Source: a virus | Strand: one strand, 5' to 3' | Virus record (IMG/VR): IMGVR_UViG_3300031707_002715 | Coordinates: 32,001-96,000 of that record | Length of the DNA: 64,000 nucleotides | Shown: positions 41,496 through 49,804 of the stretch, in pieces | How positions within the stretch are numbered: position 1 is the stretch's first letter | Layout: each line of letters begins with the position of its first letter | The notes under the pieces: generated by a model | What the model was told of the DNA's origin: nothing | The model's input: the letters and a program-made list of their open reading frames with translations, nothing else | Databases searched by the model: none | Made by a program: the position numbers and the translations under genes

Positions 41496-42582
41496 ATCAT
41501 CAGAACATATCTTAAAATACCAAACAGATTCAAAGTCTACTTTACTGTCTCAACTATTCAAAGACTACAAACAAGACCTTCAATTCTTTATTGACTTACT
41601 CTGGAACAAACAATTACCCCTAAAAAAGAACTTATCTTCTAAAATTCTACCTTCAAATATTTTAAAACACTCTCAATACAAACAAATACTCTATAAACAA
41701 GCATCTGAAATTATAAGATCTAATTTGACTAAAAAGAAAACTTCAAAACCAATAATTAAAAACATTTCAATTAACATAGACTCAAGACTATTTGATATAC
41801 AAAAAGATTCAAAAGAATTTGATGAATTTGTTCATTTAAGATTGCCTTACTTTCAAGACAACAAAAAAAGAGCTTTGCATATAAGACTTCCTATACGTTA
41901 TCATAAGCAGTCTTTGAAGTTTAAAGATTGGAATAGAGATAGCAGTATTAAGTTGAAAGAGATTAATGGGCATTATTTTGTAATTTATAGTTATGAGAAA
42001 CAAGAACCAGAGAAGAAGATAATTGGAAAAGACATTGGAATAGACCAGGGTTATAAAAAGTTAATAGTGACATCTGATGGAAGATTTATTGGAAAAGAGT
42101 TTGAAGAATTGTATGAAAGAATTTCAAATAAGGAACAAGGTAGTAGAAATTTTAAAGATTTGTTAATTGAAAGAGATAAAAAGATTAATGAGATTATAAA
42201 CAATGTTGATTTTAGAGATGTTAAGCAGATAGTAATAGAGAATTTGAAAGATGTTAAAAGAAATTCAAAGAAAAGAATTTATAAGAGATTTATGAACAAG
42301 TTACAAAGATGGAGTTACCCAAAGGCAATAAATAAGTTAGAACGACTTTGTGAAGAGAATGGTATTCTTTTGACAAAGATTGATCCAGCTTATACATCTC
42401 AGACTTGTTCTAAATGTGGATCTGTGCATAAAGAGAACAGATTGTTAGAGTTCTTTAAGTGTGTGGATTGTGGGTATGAGACTGATGCGGATTATAATGC
42501 ATCAGTGAATATCTTACATAGAGGAGTTTATAATCCCTCTACCACAAAAGAATTTTTGAACATTGTTGATAATAAAAGATAA
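41488..42582 (+). CDS. tnpB: TnpB RNA-guided endonuclease (IS607-derived)
   Basis: RuvC-I IGIDQG, RuvC-II IVIENL, 'DPAYTSQTCSKCG...CVDCG' Zn finger, RuvC-III DADYNAS. Confidence 0.9.
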   Translation: MIRSSEHILKYQTDSKSTLLSQLFKDYKQDLQFFIDLLWNKQLPLKKNLSSKILPSNILKHSQYKQILYKQASEIIRSNLTKKKTSKPIIKNISINIDSRLFDIQKDSKEFDEFVHLRLPYFQDNKKRALHIRLPIRYHKQSLKFKDWNRDSSIKLKEINGHYFVIYSYEKQEPEKKIIGKDIGIDQGYKKLIVTSDGRFIGKEFEELYERISNKEQGSRNFKDLLIERDKKINEIINNVDFRDVKQIVIENLKDVKRNSKKRIYKRFMNKLQRWSYPKAINKLERLCEENGILLTKIDPAYTSQTCSKCGSVHKENRLLEFFKCVDCGYETDADYNASVNILHRGVYNPSTTKEFLNIVDNKR

Positions 42583-42584
42583 TG

Positions 42585-42754
42585 TCAAAAGTAATTATAT
42601 ATATGTATTTAAAGATGAATCAGCTACAAGCAAATTACCAACATTACGTATAGAGTTTAAACCAGACGATCCAAGAATGTGGAGAGAATGGAGGATTTGT
42701 CATAGTGATACAATGATTAATAAAGAAAAAGAAAGTGATAGAATTAGATGGTAA
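42585..42754 (+). pseudogene. Possible 3' fragment of a gene abutting the tnpB element end
   Basis: Protein-like frame KSNYIYVFKDES...DRIRW* with no convincing start or RBS. Confidence 0.3.
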
Positions 42755-43080
42755 GAATCTATGCTACTATAATCTACGTTTTTTTGCAATTAACATAGCG
42801 ACAATTAAAGTTATTCTCACAAAGTAAACTAAATTCCCTCTCTCCTCTCTCAACGTCTTGCATTTTATTTCTCTACATCGCAGCTCCACTACTCACTCAA
42901 ACACTTATTACCTACTCATAAACATTGACCATCTCTTGTGTCTATCTTGTACATGCGATGGTCGAAATGAAGAATTTTGATAGCCTATTGATAAGTACTC
43001 TTACATGATGAGCAACTTAAGTATTTGAGAATTTAAGAAGAGTAAGCGAGAGTGAGTCGAATCTATAAAAAGGAGTTGCC

Positions 43081-43632
43081 ATGTATTTCGTAGGAAAAAT
43101 TTCTGACAAATCTTTAGTTGAAACATCGGGTACTTATTTACCTGATGATCCACCTGATGCAGCAATCCTAACGAATATCAAGGCTCGGTTAGGTGGAGTC
43201 GACGCTGATTATTCTGTGTATCATATTAGTAATACAGGATCAGATGCACAGAGAGTTTTAGCAGGTGACTCCGTAGCTTTAACCTGGACTGGCGACTCCG
43301 TAACAGGAATTTCTTTTGCGTCCGAAGATGCTAAAAAATGGATACAGTCATCTATCGATAAAACTTCTATTCTTGCTGATGGAGTCGAAGAAGCGATTAT
43401 CAATATGACTATTCTTACTGCTAATAAATCAGGAACGGATACTTCATTTAATGGAAACCTCGACATCAATATCGGAACACCTACAGGTAGGAATAAATAC
43501 AGGTTCTATTTTTATAATGGAGTAGCATCAAGTTCACTAAAAACTACTAATGCTGGAAAATTTACAATACCAGCAGGAAGAATGACTGACTATCGAATCG
43601 ATAACACTGTAACTTTAGAAGCAATTCAATAA
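43081..43632 (+). CDS. Tail-fibre cassette protein with C-terminal Ig-like domain
   Basis: RBS AAGGAG; 'DKTSILADGVEEAII' resembles the start of a Big-1-type domain. Confidence 0.55.
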   Translation: MYFVGKISDKSLVETSGTYLPDDPPDAAILTNIKARLGGVDADYSVYHISNTGSDAQRVLAGDSVALTWTGDSVTGISFASEDAKKWIQSSIDKTSILADGVEEAIINMTILTANKSGTDTSFNGNLDINIGTPTGRNKYRFYFYNGVASSSLKTTNAGKFTIPAGRMTDYRIDNTVTLEAIQ

Positions 43633-43642
43633 GGAGGATCAA

Positions 43643-43933
43643 ATGAGTCTTTTAAGCGTATACAATCTTAAGGCAAATGCAGAGTTTAAAGCCAGGGTAG
43701 CATCTTCTGTTGCTAAAGCGGCGTATGATGTTCTCAACGAAAGTCCAGCGACCACTAATCATGCTGCACGAGTAGTGTGGGCTAAAGCAGCTATGAAAGA
43801 CGCGGCACCAGTCGCGGAGCAGATGTTGTGGACTATAGTTCAAAATGCAACGATTCAATCGTCTGGAACAACCTCGACAGATAACGACATCCAGTTTGTC
43901 GTTAATTCAAATATAGACTATTTTGCAGTATAG
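43643..43933 (+). CDS. Small tail-fibre-associated protein
   Basis: RBS AAGGAGG; 96 aa. Confidence 0.6.
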   Translation: MSLLSVYNLKANAEFKARVASSVAKAAYDVLNESPATTNHAARVVWAKAAMKDAAPVAEQMLWTIVQNATIQSSGTTSTDNDIQFVVNSNIDYFAV

Positions 43934-43943
43934 GATGTAATTA

Positions 43944-44996
43944 GTGGCTACAATAAAATCAGTACAGAAAGGCACTGTTTCATTTGCTGGTACAGATACC
44001 AGCAAGACTGCTACCATTACTTCTATAACTATCGCTAATTCTGTCCTGTATTTCACTAGTTCTGGTTACACTTCTACTCAACCAAACTACAACTGTGTCA
44101 GAGGTGCAATTACTAACGGCACTACTCTAACCTTTACAAGAGGAAGTAGTGCAAATCCTAATACTCTTCAAGTAGAATTCTATGTCGTTGAATTTACATC
44201 AGGTGTAACAGTACAACGAGGGTCTGAGAATCTTGATGATCTAGCGTCAGCTAATGTAACTATAACAAGTTCTAGCCTTACAACTTCGTGGTCAACATGC
44301 TCATGGAGTATGGATGGTTTCACGATGCGTAGAGGGCATTTCATGGTTCATTATCTGAGTACTACCACGAATTTAGCACTAGTTAGAGGAGTTACTGGAG
44401 ATCCATGTGTTGTAGAGTGGCAGGTGATAACATACGATAATGCTACAGTACAGCAAGTGACAAAATCCTTGCTAACGACAGACACATCAGCCACCTCTAC
44501 AATAACATCTGTAACAACAACGAAGACATTTTTAGAATTCTCGTATTCGTCGACTACAACAGGGGCTTTTGAGAATAGAAATTGCTGGAATTCCTATCTT
44601 ACAAACGCCACGACAATCACTTACAGTAGAGATACTGCTCTTTTTAACTCTACTACCAGAGATTATGTAATAAGTATATCAGACTCCATTGCAGTACAGA
44701 GGGGTGAGAAAGCTGTCGCTTCTGGAACTGCAACGACTACCAATGCCTTGACTGCCATAGTAATAGCCAATTCCTTTGCACATTCGTTAAACACGCCAGG
44801 CATCTGTAAGAATGATGACAGCGATGGCGATAGTTGGAATTCTGATAAAAACGGAATAAAGTTAAAGTTTAATTCTACTACAGAGTTAAATTTTGCCAGA
44901 AATACCTCTACTTCTAATGTTACCTGCTCATGGGAAGTGGTGGAGTGGACTGCTGCTGCAGCAAAACCTGTTTTTATTATGATTTGGATAAGTTAA
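43944..44996 (+). CDS. Thr/Ser-rich tail fibre / receptor-binding protein with four repeats
   Basis: GTG start; 'IKSVQKG...FYVVEF', 'VTVQRG...WQVI', 'TVQQV...' and 'AVQRG...WEVVEW' repeats. Confidence 0.65.
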   Translation: MATIKSVQKGTVSFAGTDTSKTATITSITIANSVLYFTSSGYTSTQPNYNCVRGAITNGTTLTFTRGSSANPNTLQVEFYVVEFTSGVTVQRGSENLDDLASANVTITSSSLTTSWSTCSWSMDGFTMRRGHFMVHYLSTTTNLALVRGVTGDPCVVEWQVITYDNATVQQVTKSLLTTDTSATSTITSVTTTKTFLEFSYSSTTTGAFENRNCWNSYLTNATTITYSRDTALFNSTTRDYVISISDSIAVQRGEKAVASGTATTTNALTAIVIANSFAHSLNTPGICKNDDSDGDSWNSDKNGIKLKFNSTTELNFARNTSTSNVTCSWEVVEWTAAAAKPVFIMIWIS

Positions 44997-45091
44997 AAAC
45001 GTATCGGTTTCTCATACTACTATAATCTACACTTTAACTCCCTGTTATTTTCTACGTTTTTATACATGATTATAAAATTATGATAAATAAT

Positions 45092-45112
45092 AAAGGCGCA
45101 GCAAGTGCTCTC
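45092..45112 (-). terminator. Probable terminator of the minus-strand operon
   Basis: Minus strand AGAGCACTTGCTGCGCCTTTATT, an imperfect stem just after the SPFH stop. Confidence 0.35.
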
Positions 45113-45121
45113 TATGATAAA

Positions 45122-46333
45122 TTATTTTGCTTTTACTGATAAATCCACACTAAGATCTTTAGCAGCTTTTACTTTTAAAAGATCAATTAAATCATTTGCA
45201 TTATTCGCTTTACCATCGCTATTACCCATTAAAATTTGTGGCACCCAATTACCTTGATAACCTTTAACTGCTTCTGCATACATGCTATCAATACGTATAA
45301 CAGCCGCAAGCTTCTTATCAAGCGCGCCATCTGCTGCCATGATTAACTGGCGCTTCTTAGCTTCACCTTCACCTTCTAATATTAAAGCTTGCTTTTTATG
45401 TCCAGCTGCTACTTCTTGTAAAATAGCGACATCTCTATCTTTTTCTGCGGCCGTCACTGCTTCAACTTTAATCTTCTCTTGTTCCCATTTAGCTTGCATT
45501 GCTATTGCTCGACCTTTCGCTTCTGTAGTAATCGCTTCTTGCTGTGCTCTCAATGCTTCTTGTTTAGCCACTTCAGTCCTAAGCGCTTGTTCTCTTCGGA
45601 GCTGAATAGCGTCATCAACAGCTTTTTCAAAGTCAGGCACACCAATCTGGCATGAAGTAACTTTGCATCCCAATTCCATTAAAATGTGTTTCGTTCTCTT
45701 TGGCTGTCCCGTTGGATCACGAGCAATCGCAGTTAAAACTTTCTTTTCGACTTTTGCTATCCTCTCATTACCATTAGTCTCCCAAACAGTATCAATTGTA
45801 GTAATCGGCACTGTCACATACATACCAAACATTAATTGGTCTTCAATATCTTGTTGCATTAAAGCAAGCGTTTGCGCAGCTTCTTGAGCGCCTCGTAAAT
45901 TCGCAGCTAGCTTAAAAGCGTTTTGAACGACTGGAACTATACCATTTTCTACAAAATGATCGTAACCACCTGAATATTGTCTAATAATTTCAATGATTTG
46001 TTTTTCAGTATTTGGTAATTGAATTCTAACAAGACCATTTAATTTAGCTTTTCCAAGATCACAAAATTGAACTACTATTGGTTCAATTTGAGCAGAGCTT
46101 TTGTCTTTTGCATCTCCAATACTAATAGTCACGACTTGCTTAAGAATTTCTACTCGTGACCATAACTTAAATGTCGGTCCTGGATTCATTTTAACTCGCA
46201 TATGACCCGTAAGACTCTGCAAAAACATGTACTCACCTTGATGATTAAATGCCACTATCCCTGTACACAATGGTATCAAAATTACCAACAATACGACGCC
46301 AATTATAAGTTTAATTAAACTTGTAGCACTCAC
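45122..46333 (-). CDS. SPFH/Band-7 family membrane protein
   Basis: N-terminal TM, SPFH-like core and 'AxQEA...EAxG.A' coiled coil ending 'ADGALDKKL...WVP'. Confidence 0.8.
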   Translation of the reverse strand: MSATSLIKLIIGVVLLVILIPLCTGIVAFNHQGEYMFLQSLTGHMRVKMNPGPTFKLWSRVEILKQVVTISIGDAKDKSSAQIEPIVVQFCDLGKAKLNGLVRIQLPNTEKQIIEIIRQYSGGYDHFVENGIVPVVQNAFKLAANLRGAQEAAQTLALMQQDIEDQLMFGMYVTVPITTIDTVWETNGNERIAKVEKKVLTAIARDPTGQPKRTKHILMELGCKVTSCQIGVPDFEKAVDDAIQLRREQALRTEVAKQEALRAQQEAITTEAKGRAIAMQAKWEQEKIKVEAVTAAEKDRDVAILQEVAAGHKKQALILEGEGEAKKRQLIMAADGALDKKLAAVIRIDSMYAEAVKGYQGNWVPQILMGNSDGKANNANDLIDLLKVKAAKDLSVDLSVKAK

Positions 46334-46611
46334 AAATCCTCCTTTAAATAATTGTTTGCTGCTCTTGTATGTGCTTTTCGTACTTTTTTTGGCATGACTA
46401 CACTGCTTATATTAGCTTCAACATCTTTTGTTAAATCTTGTAACTCTTTATCTTTTGTTACCTTTTCATTAGCTAATAAAGCTCTACTCTTTCTTGTACA
46501 ATACTCAAATGCCAATTTAACTTCTGGTATTTTAAGAAACCAAAATTTAAACAACAAAAATATCACGATAAGCATCACGAGTAAATCTACAACTAAATAT
46601 ATAACACTCAT
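46330..46611 (-). CDS. Small single-TM protein
   Basis: Hydrophobic N-terminus; ATGA overlap with the SPFH gene. Confidence 0.65.
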   Translation of the reverse strand: MSVIYLVVDLLVMLIVIFLLFKFWFLKIPEVKLAFEYCTRKSRALLANEKVTKDKELQDLTKDVEANISSVVMPKKVRKAHTRAANNYLKEDL

Positions 46612-46620
46612 TTTACTCTC

Positions 46621-47679
46621 CTACGTAAATTGAAACGAACTACCAGCGTAAGGTTCTCTGCGCAGTGATTTAAATTGAGGTGCAGTCGTTCTTTTACCTT
46701 CTGTACTCACTAATGACAAATACACATAATGTTTGTCGCCATGCAAGACGCCTTGGCCGACAAGCTGTTCATTTTCAAATTTCATCATTGTTAGTTCACC
46801 GATTCTTTCAAGTACTCTATAACCAACATTCAATTGAATAGTCTGACCGACAATGTGTTGAACATTGTCGTGAAATGCATTTTTCATTTGATCATATTGC
46901 GTCGTCAAATCTTCAATTGAATTTACTTTCTCTAAATCAATTGCCGGACTATTAATAGTAGCACCTTCATTTTGAATTATACGTACTGCCTCCGCACCAT
47001 AACTGTCACGAATAATTGCTCGCCAACTCTTTTTCCAACTATCATATTTCGGTAATACGTCGATAGCAATAATCCTACCATTTATCATAACGATAGCACC
47101 GAGCTGTTTATTAACAGGCTCAAACTGTGCTACAAATTGTTCGAGCCGATCTTCAAATTGGCTGTAAAATAATTGTAAACCATTAGTGCGACAATCAATG
47201 CCTTTTGACCACGTCGATAAAGTATCCCATAAAGCTCCTGTATCAGCTTCTTCAAATGTTGCTTTTTTAATAGCGATGCCCCTTAATGACGGCGGTAAAA
47301 TCATAAATGAATCTTGTTTAATTTTAGACATGTCAAAATGACCTGCTTGACTAGCCTGAACACAATTAGCAGGTATAAGCTTTGCATTGGCAGCTTTTAT
47401 TAAATGTGCATAAGGTACAGTGCGATCTTGAGCGTGTTGATTTCGATCGATCATCGTCCAGCCCTGCATTACGATACCAATATTACCGCTAGCATTTTTA
47501 AATTCTAAAGTATTATATTGCGGATCAGATTTCAATGTTACATCATTTATGTCAGCAACATTAGTGAATTCTACGTCGCTAATTATAGGTATCACTGTCA
47601 TATTACCGACGCTCTGAATGTTGCTGCGATCAACAACATATCCAACAAGTAATTCTTGGATTTGTAACATATCTGGCAT
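46621..47679 (-). CDS. ARPP-1/ARPP-2-like (DUF6569-like) domain protein
   Basis: 'QSVGNMTVIPI', 'AQDR...IPANCVQ' and 'FVAQFEPVNKQLGAIVMING...W...WRAIIRDSYG'. Confidence 0.6.
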   Translation of the reverse strand: MPDMLQIQELLVGYVVDRSNIQSVGNMTVIPIISDVEFTNVADINDVTLKSDPQYNTLEFKNASGNIGIVMQGWTMIDRNQHAQDRTVPYAHLIKAANAKLIPANCVQASQAGHFDMSKIKQDSFMILPPSLRGIAIKKATFEEADTGALWDTLSTWSKGIDCRTNGLQLFYSQFEDRLEQFVAQFEPVNKQLGAIVMINGRIIAIDVLPKYDSWKKSWRAIIRDSYGAEAVRIIQNEGATINSPAIDLEKVNSIEDLTTQYDQMKNAFHDNVQHIVGQTIQLNVGYRVLERIGELTMMKFENEQLVGQGVLHGDKHYVYLSLVSTEGKRTTAPQFKSLRREPYAGSSFQFT

Positions 47680-47718
47680 TTTAACCTCACTTGCATAAAC
47701 TTTAATATGATTTTTTCA

Positions 47719-49296
47719 TCATTTGCTTTCAAGAAAATGACCTTTAGACTCAATCAATTGTTCTCTAACTTGATCGGGCATTAATTCTTTAGCTTTGTCA
47801 CTTTGTAATGTGAGAAGATGTTTACAAAACTTAGCAATAGCGAGCTCAGGCTTATGTTTAGCAATTGCAAGAAACATCGACTCATTCAAACCATTAACTT
47901 CTCGAACGCCGACTGTCGCTGCAATATTAGAAATAGTACGAACGTCCATTGATTCAGCGGCAAACACTGGATTAAAATGTATAATCATCACTTTATTCTT
48001 GACATCGACTTTTTTCTTCAATGCAAATATAAGTTGGTGTAACGCACCCTCAAATGGTGAATTCTCATATCCATCACCGACAATTATAATCGTCTTACAA
48101 CCATCTTTCAACGCTTGCATAAATGCATCAGCATAATTAGATTGATCTTTTAATGTCGGAAATAGTTCATCATTATTCCCGTTCGTCCTATATTCTTTGA
48201 AATTCGTCGATACTTGTTTAAGCACCATACTAATCGCTAAACCACGAAGCATTGGATGATACTTAGTCTCATTTGTTCCATACATACTTTTTGATGTATC
48301 TAAAATAAGACCGACATCATCTAATGTAAAAGAAATATTTTTAGCAATTTCTTTTGCTTTATTTTCAAGTAACTCTCGTATTTGATTTACCGGTTTAGGT
48401 AACTTATCTAAAGAATTCAGATACACCAGTAAATCAAAAAGCTTCGCCTGCCTCATATCAAAACCAGTATCAACACCGACAGCTTTTACAGATTCTACTT
48501 TGAGTCGTTTTTCTTTAGCAGTAAGCTGCCCACCTTCGTCCTTATACATTTTCCAAAAGTCTTCCGGCTTAATCTTAAATTTCGACATAAAACCTTCTGC
48601 CACTGTAGCAGGAAGCTTTGCTAACTTTTCTTTATCGCCATTTTGAACTGCTACATAATCTTTAATCAATTGCGAGCAGTTTTCATATTCGTTGTATTTT
48701 AAATACCGCCAAATTTTCAATAATTGCTCATCACCATTAGTATGCGCGTGATAAAGAATTCTTTTAAATTCATTGCGATATTTAATCGCCCACAACGACC
48801 ATCTATTTTTGTTCTTACGAAGATATTCGTGAATCAAAAACATTGCTCTCTTTTTAGTGACTCTTTTCTCTTGTAACATAGTTAAAAAATCAAATACTCG
48901 AGTAACAGGCATCTTATCGAATGCTTGGAGAATTAGTTCATTTTCCCACTTTGAAAACGCAGAATATTTATGAGTCAATCCATTTTTAATATAAGTTTCT
49001 GTCGCCGGTAAAGAATTGTCGATCAATGTCCACGCTATTAATTGTTTATTGACATCGTTAACGCCCGTCGGCAACATCATCAAAGAATAAAACGACCGAG
49101 CATTTGTAAAGACAGGTGCATGCTGATCAATCATAGCTTGTCGTTGTTCGTCTTTTAAATTATAGAATGTCGATTTACCGATGTTGGTCTGTGCGCCAGA
49201 AATAAAAGCTATAAGGGCTTCACCGGTCAACACCATTGATTTACTCTCAGTCGCATTCTTTTCAACATTTTTCTTTGTCGTTAATGTCGTTGCCAT
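47719..49296 (-). CDS. Helical (TROVE-like) N-terminal domain plus vWA domain protein
   Basis: MIDAS 'LILDTSKSM' and 'IIIVGDGYENSP'; ~320-aa basic helical N-terminus. Confidence 0.7.
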   Translation of the reverse strand: MATTLTTKKNVEKNATESKSMVLTGEALIAFISGAQTNIGKSTFYNLKDEQRQAMIDQHAPVFTNARSFYSLMMLPTGVNDVNKQLIAWTLIDNSLPATETYIKNGLTHKYSAFSKWENELILQAFDKMPVTRVFDFLTMLQEKRVTKKRAMFLIHEYLRKNKNRWSLWAIKYRNEFKRILYHAHTNGDEQLLKIWRYLKYNEYENCSQLIKDYVAVQNGDKEKLAKLPATVAEGFMSKFKIKPEDFWKMYKDEGGQLTAKEKRLKVESVKAVGVDTGFDMRQAKLFDLLVYLNSLDKLPKPVNQIRELLENKAKEIAKNISFTLDDVGLILDTSKSMYGTNETKYHPMLRGLAISMVLKQVSTNFKEYRTNGNNDELFPTLKDQSNYADAFMQALKDGCKTIIIVGDGYENSPFEGALHQLIFALKKKVDVKNKVMIIHFNPVFAAESMDVRTISNIAATVGVREVNGLNESMFLAIAKHKPELAIAKFCKHLLTLQSDKAKELMPDQVREQLIESKGHFLESK

Positions 49297-49383
49297 TTTA
49301 AACCTTTTAATTTATTTTTACAAACATTATTCTCCAAACAATAATCACTCATTTTATCGTCGAAATGAATTTTTAAAAAAGAA

Positions 49384-49713
49384 TTAAACTTTGCAAGCGC
49401 TTTGCATTATTATATCGATTGTATCTGTCCATTTACGAGGTAAATGCCCTTCTATATTAAGGGCATAGTCTTCAGATGCTTGATCATTTGTTTCATAATA
49501 AATTACAACTTCTAAATACGGTCCGAAATCGTGCAGAAACTTTTTTGTTACAAACATACAATTTTTAGGAATATTAGGAAAAAGAGTCGCTAAAAACTGC
49601 TTATAGCGTAAACATTCAACCCTCATTTTTTCAAAATACGTCGAATCATCACTTGACACTTGCACGCAGTCTTCATCACTGGGTGCCGATCCGAGCTCGA
49701 TATAATCTTGCAT
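49384..49713 (-). CDS. Hypothetical phage protein
   Basis: Likely start 49713 (AAGGAG RBS): MQDYIELGSAPSDEDCVQV...HDFGPYLEVVIYY. Confidence 0.65.
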   Translation of the reverse strand: MQDYIELGSAPSDEDCVQVSSDDSTYFEKMRVECLRYKQFLATLFPNIPKNCMFVTKKFLHDFGPYLEVVIYYETNDQASEDYALNIEGHLPRKWTDTIDIIMQSACKV

Positions 49714-49804
49714 ATAGTCTCCTTTCATTTTTCTTTGAATAAAAAATTCTTTAGTAGTTGCAGGAGCCAGTGCGTCGCTGGAAATCTTTTTAATCACCTT
49801 TTTT

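Noticed and set aside
41299-43080. Cas12f-like CRISPR locus around the solo TnpB
   Set aside because: No repeat-spacer array is visible on either side, and the IS607 tnpA relic explains the gene.
43944-44996. DGR target/template pair
   Set aside because: No reverse transcriptase and no adenine-variant near-duplicate seen in the window.
49297-49383. Y RNA or tRNA next to the TROVE-like gene
   Set aside because: AT-rich spacer with only a weak hairpin; no cloverleaf or T-loop motif. No tRNA was recognised anywhere in the window.
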